A program made the translations under genes and the position numbers. The notes under the pieces were generated by a model. It was given only the letters and a program-made list of their open reading frames with translations. It did no database searches and was not told where the DNA came from. From the human T2T-CHM13v2.0 reference genome, Homo sapiens, in the NCBI RefSeq assembly GCF_009914755.1, contig NC_060930.1: DNA of 64,000 bases; one strand, 5' to 3'. Shown here in pieces: positions 62,476-64,000 of the stretch. Each line of letters starts with the position of its first letter. Positions within the stretch are counted from its first letter, which is position 1.

Positions 62476-62790
62476 GAATTACTCTTCTAGGAATCAGTCT
62501 CATCCTGTATTTTGGAACTTTCACTTTTTAGAAGTCTTTCCTTATTGTTCATTTTAAATTCCTGATTTTATAAGATAATGCTTTTACTTCATATTCCAAT
62601 CTCAATAGAAATCTTAAAAGCTGATTCTTCTACTGTGATATCCCTACTTTGCTTTGAATGTTTTCACTATAATGGGGCCTTATCTAGTTCAACCTCCTCT
62701 TCTGAAAGAAAAGAAACCGGAACGTTGACAGGCAATGGGACTTTCCTGAGACCACACAGCTGGACAGAGAAACTGACAGCAGGTCAGAAA

Positions 62791-62811
62791 TGACTGACTG
62801 ACTGACTGACT
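62791..62811. repeat. (TGAC)5 microsatellite
   Basis: tgactgactgactgactgact. Confidence 0.85.
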
Positions 62812-62892
62812 GGTGGGTGAAATGGAAGGATTCTAACTTAGAGAGAAACCACTCATATCACATTTGAGTCACTGGTGTACAGAGGGGAATTC

Positions 62893-63695
62893 TTTTTTTA
62901 CTTATTATTTTAATTGACACATAATAATTATGTGTCAATTAAATCCCATACACATTTATGGGATGCAGTGTGATATTCTGATACACGTATATAGTGTGTA
63001 ATGATCAAATCAGGGTCATTAGCATATCCAGCAGCTCAAATATTTGTCATTTCTTCACATTGGAAACATTCAAAATCCTCTCTTCTAGCTATTTGAACAT
63101 ATACAATAAATTATTGCTAACTATAGTCATCCTACTGTGCTGTCACACTAAAACAGTCCTCTTATCTGTGATTTTGTAACTATTAACCAAACCCTCTCTC
63201 TGTACTCTCCCTTTACTCCCCTTCCTGGCCTCTAGTAACCACTATTCTACTCCTTACTTCTAAGAGATCAACATTTTTAGCTTCCACATATGAATGAAAA
63301 CATGTGGTATTTATTTTTCTGTGCCTAACTCATTTAACAACATAATGTCCTCCAGGCTCATCTGTGTTGTTGCAAATGGCAGAATTTTATTCTTTTTAAT
63401 AGCTGAATAGTATTCCTTCATGTATCTATACCACATTTTCTTTTTCCATTCATCTATTGATAGATACAGGTTGATTCTCTATCTTAACTATTGTGAATAG
63501 TGCCATAGTAAACATGGGAGGGCAGATGCTCTTCAACATAACTGATTTTATTTTCTTTGGATATATACCTAGCAGTGGGGTTGCTAAATCATATGGTAGT
63601 TCTACTTCTAGTTTTTTTTGAGGAACCTCCATACTGTTTTCCATAATGGCTGTACTAATTTATGTTCCCACTCACAGTATATAAAACTTCCTCTT
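62893..63695 (-). mobile_element. L1MA-like 3' end
   Basis: T-rich tail, aatgatcaaatcagggtcattagcatatcc; ORF 63450-63644 resembles the ORF2 C-terminus ([16 protein letters not shown]). Confidence 0.9.
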
Positions 63696-64000
63696 TCAGA
63701 GAGGAGACTTTTGAGCCATGTTGAGGTGGTCTTAAGATTTTAGAAAAGTTGACAAAAGACACCAGAGAGGCTCTCCAAATGAAAAGCCATTCAATGTTGC
63801 TGAAAGGAAGAAAAGGACAATATTGGGTTGGGATGGTTACATAGATTTCTGGAGGAATGGTTTTTTTTTTAAACTACATGTAGTGAAAAAGACTTCATCA
63901 ATATTAAATGCCAAATGAATTGCATAAGACCTATAAAGTAAAAAAAGTCAGAAGGACTGAACCCCAGAACCAACTATGGCTGGCAAAAAAAAAAAAAAAA

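Overview
AT-rich primate (human-like) genomic DNA, judged from its Alu, L1PA/L1PB, THE1 and LTR18 content. It appears intronic or intergenic: I could not identify any intact protein-coding exon, RNA gene or CpG island. The only gene-derived sequence I recognise is a 5'-truncated processed pseudogene of HNRNPA1 (2575-3907, +), with a 9-bp TSD and two nonsense codons. Most of the rest is interspersed repeats: Alus, L1s of several ages, MaLR/ERVL LTRs, hAT DNA transposons, MIR and L2. Nearly all ORFs in the supplied track are repeat-derived or low-complexity artefacts. The most notable features are structural. (1) A ~475-bp interrupted (GAA/TTC)n tract has grown out of the central A-rich linker of an Alu, the same architecture as the FXN repeat. 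(2) A ~915-bp alternating purine-pyrimidine (TA/CA/CG) array is built from palindromic units. (3) A twin-primed 5'-inverted L1 later received an AluY, and both TSD pairs are intact. (4) A young L1PA2-like insertion has a perfect 24-bp TSD. (5) An L1 > LTR18 > Alu nest retains AP-1 and PAR-bZIP motifs. (6) Several fold-back or template-switch scars lie inside old L1s. I found no evidence for a genuinely novel biological system. Subfamily names come from recalled consensus sequences and need RepeatMasker/Dfam confirmation.
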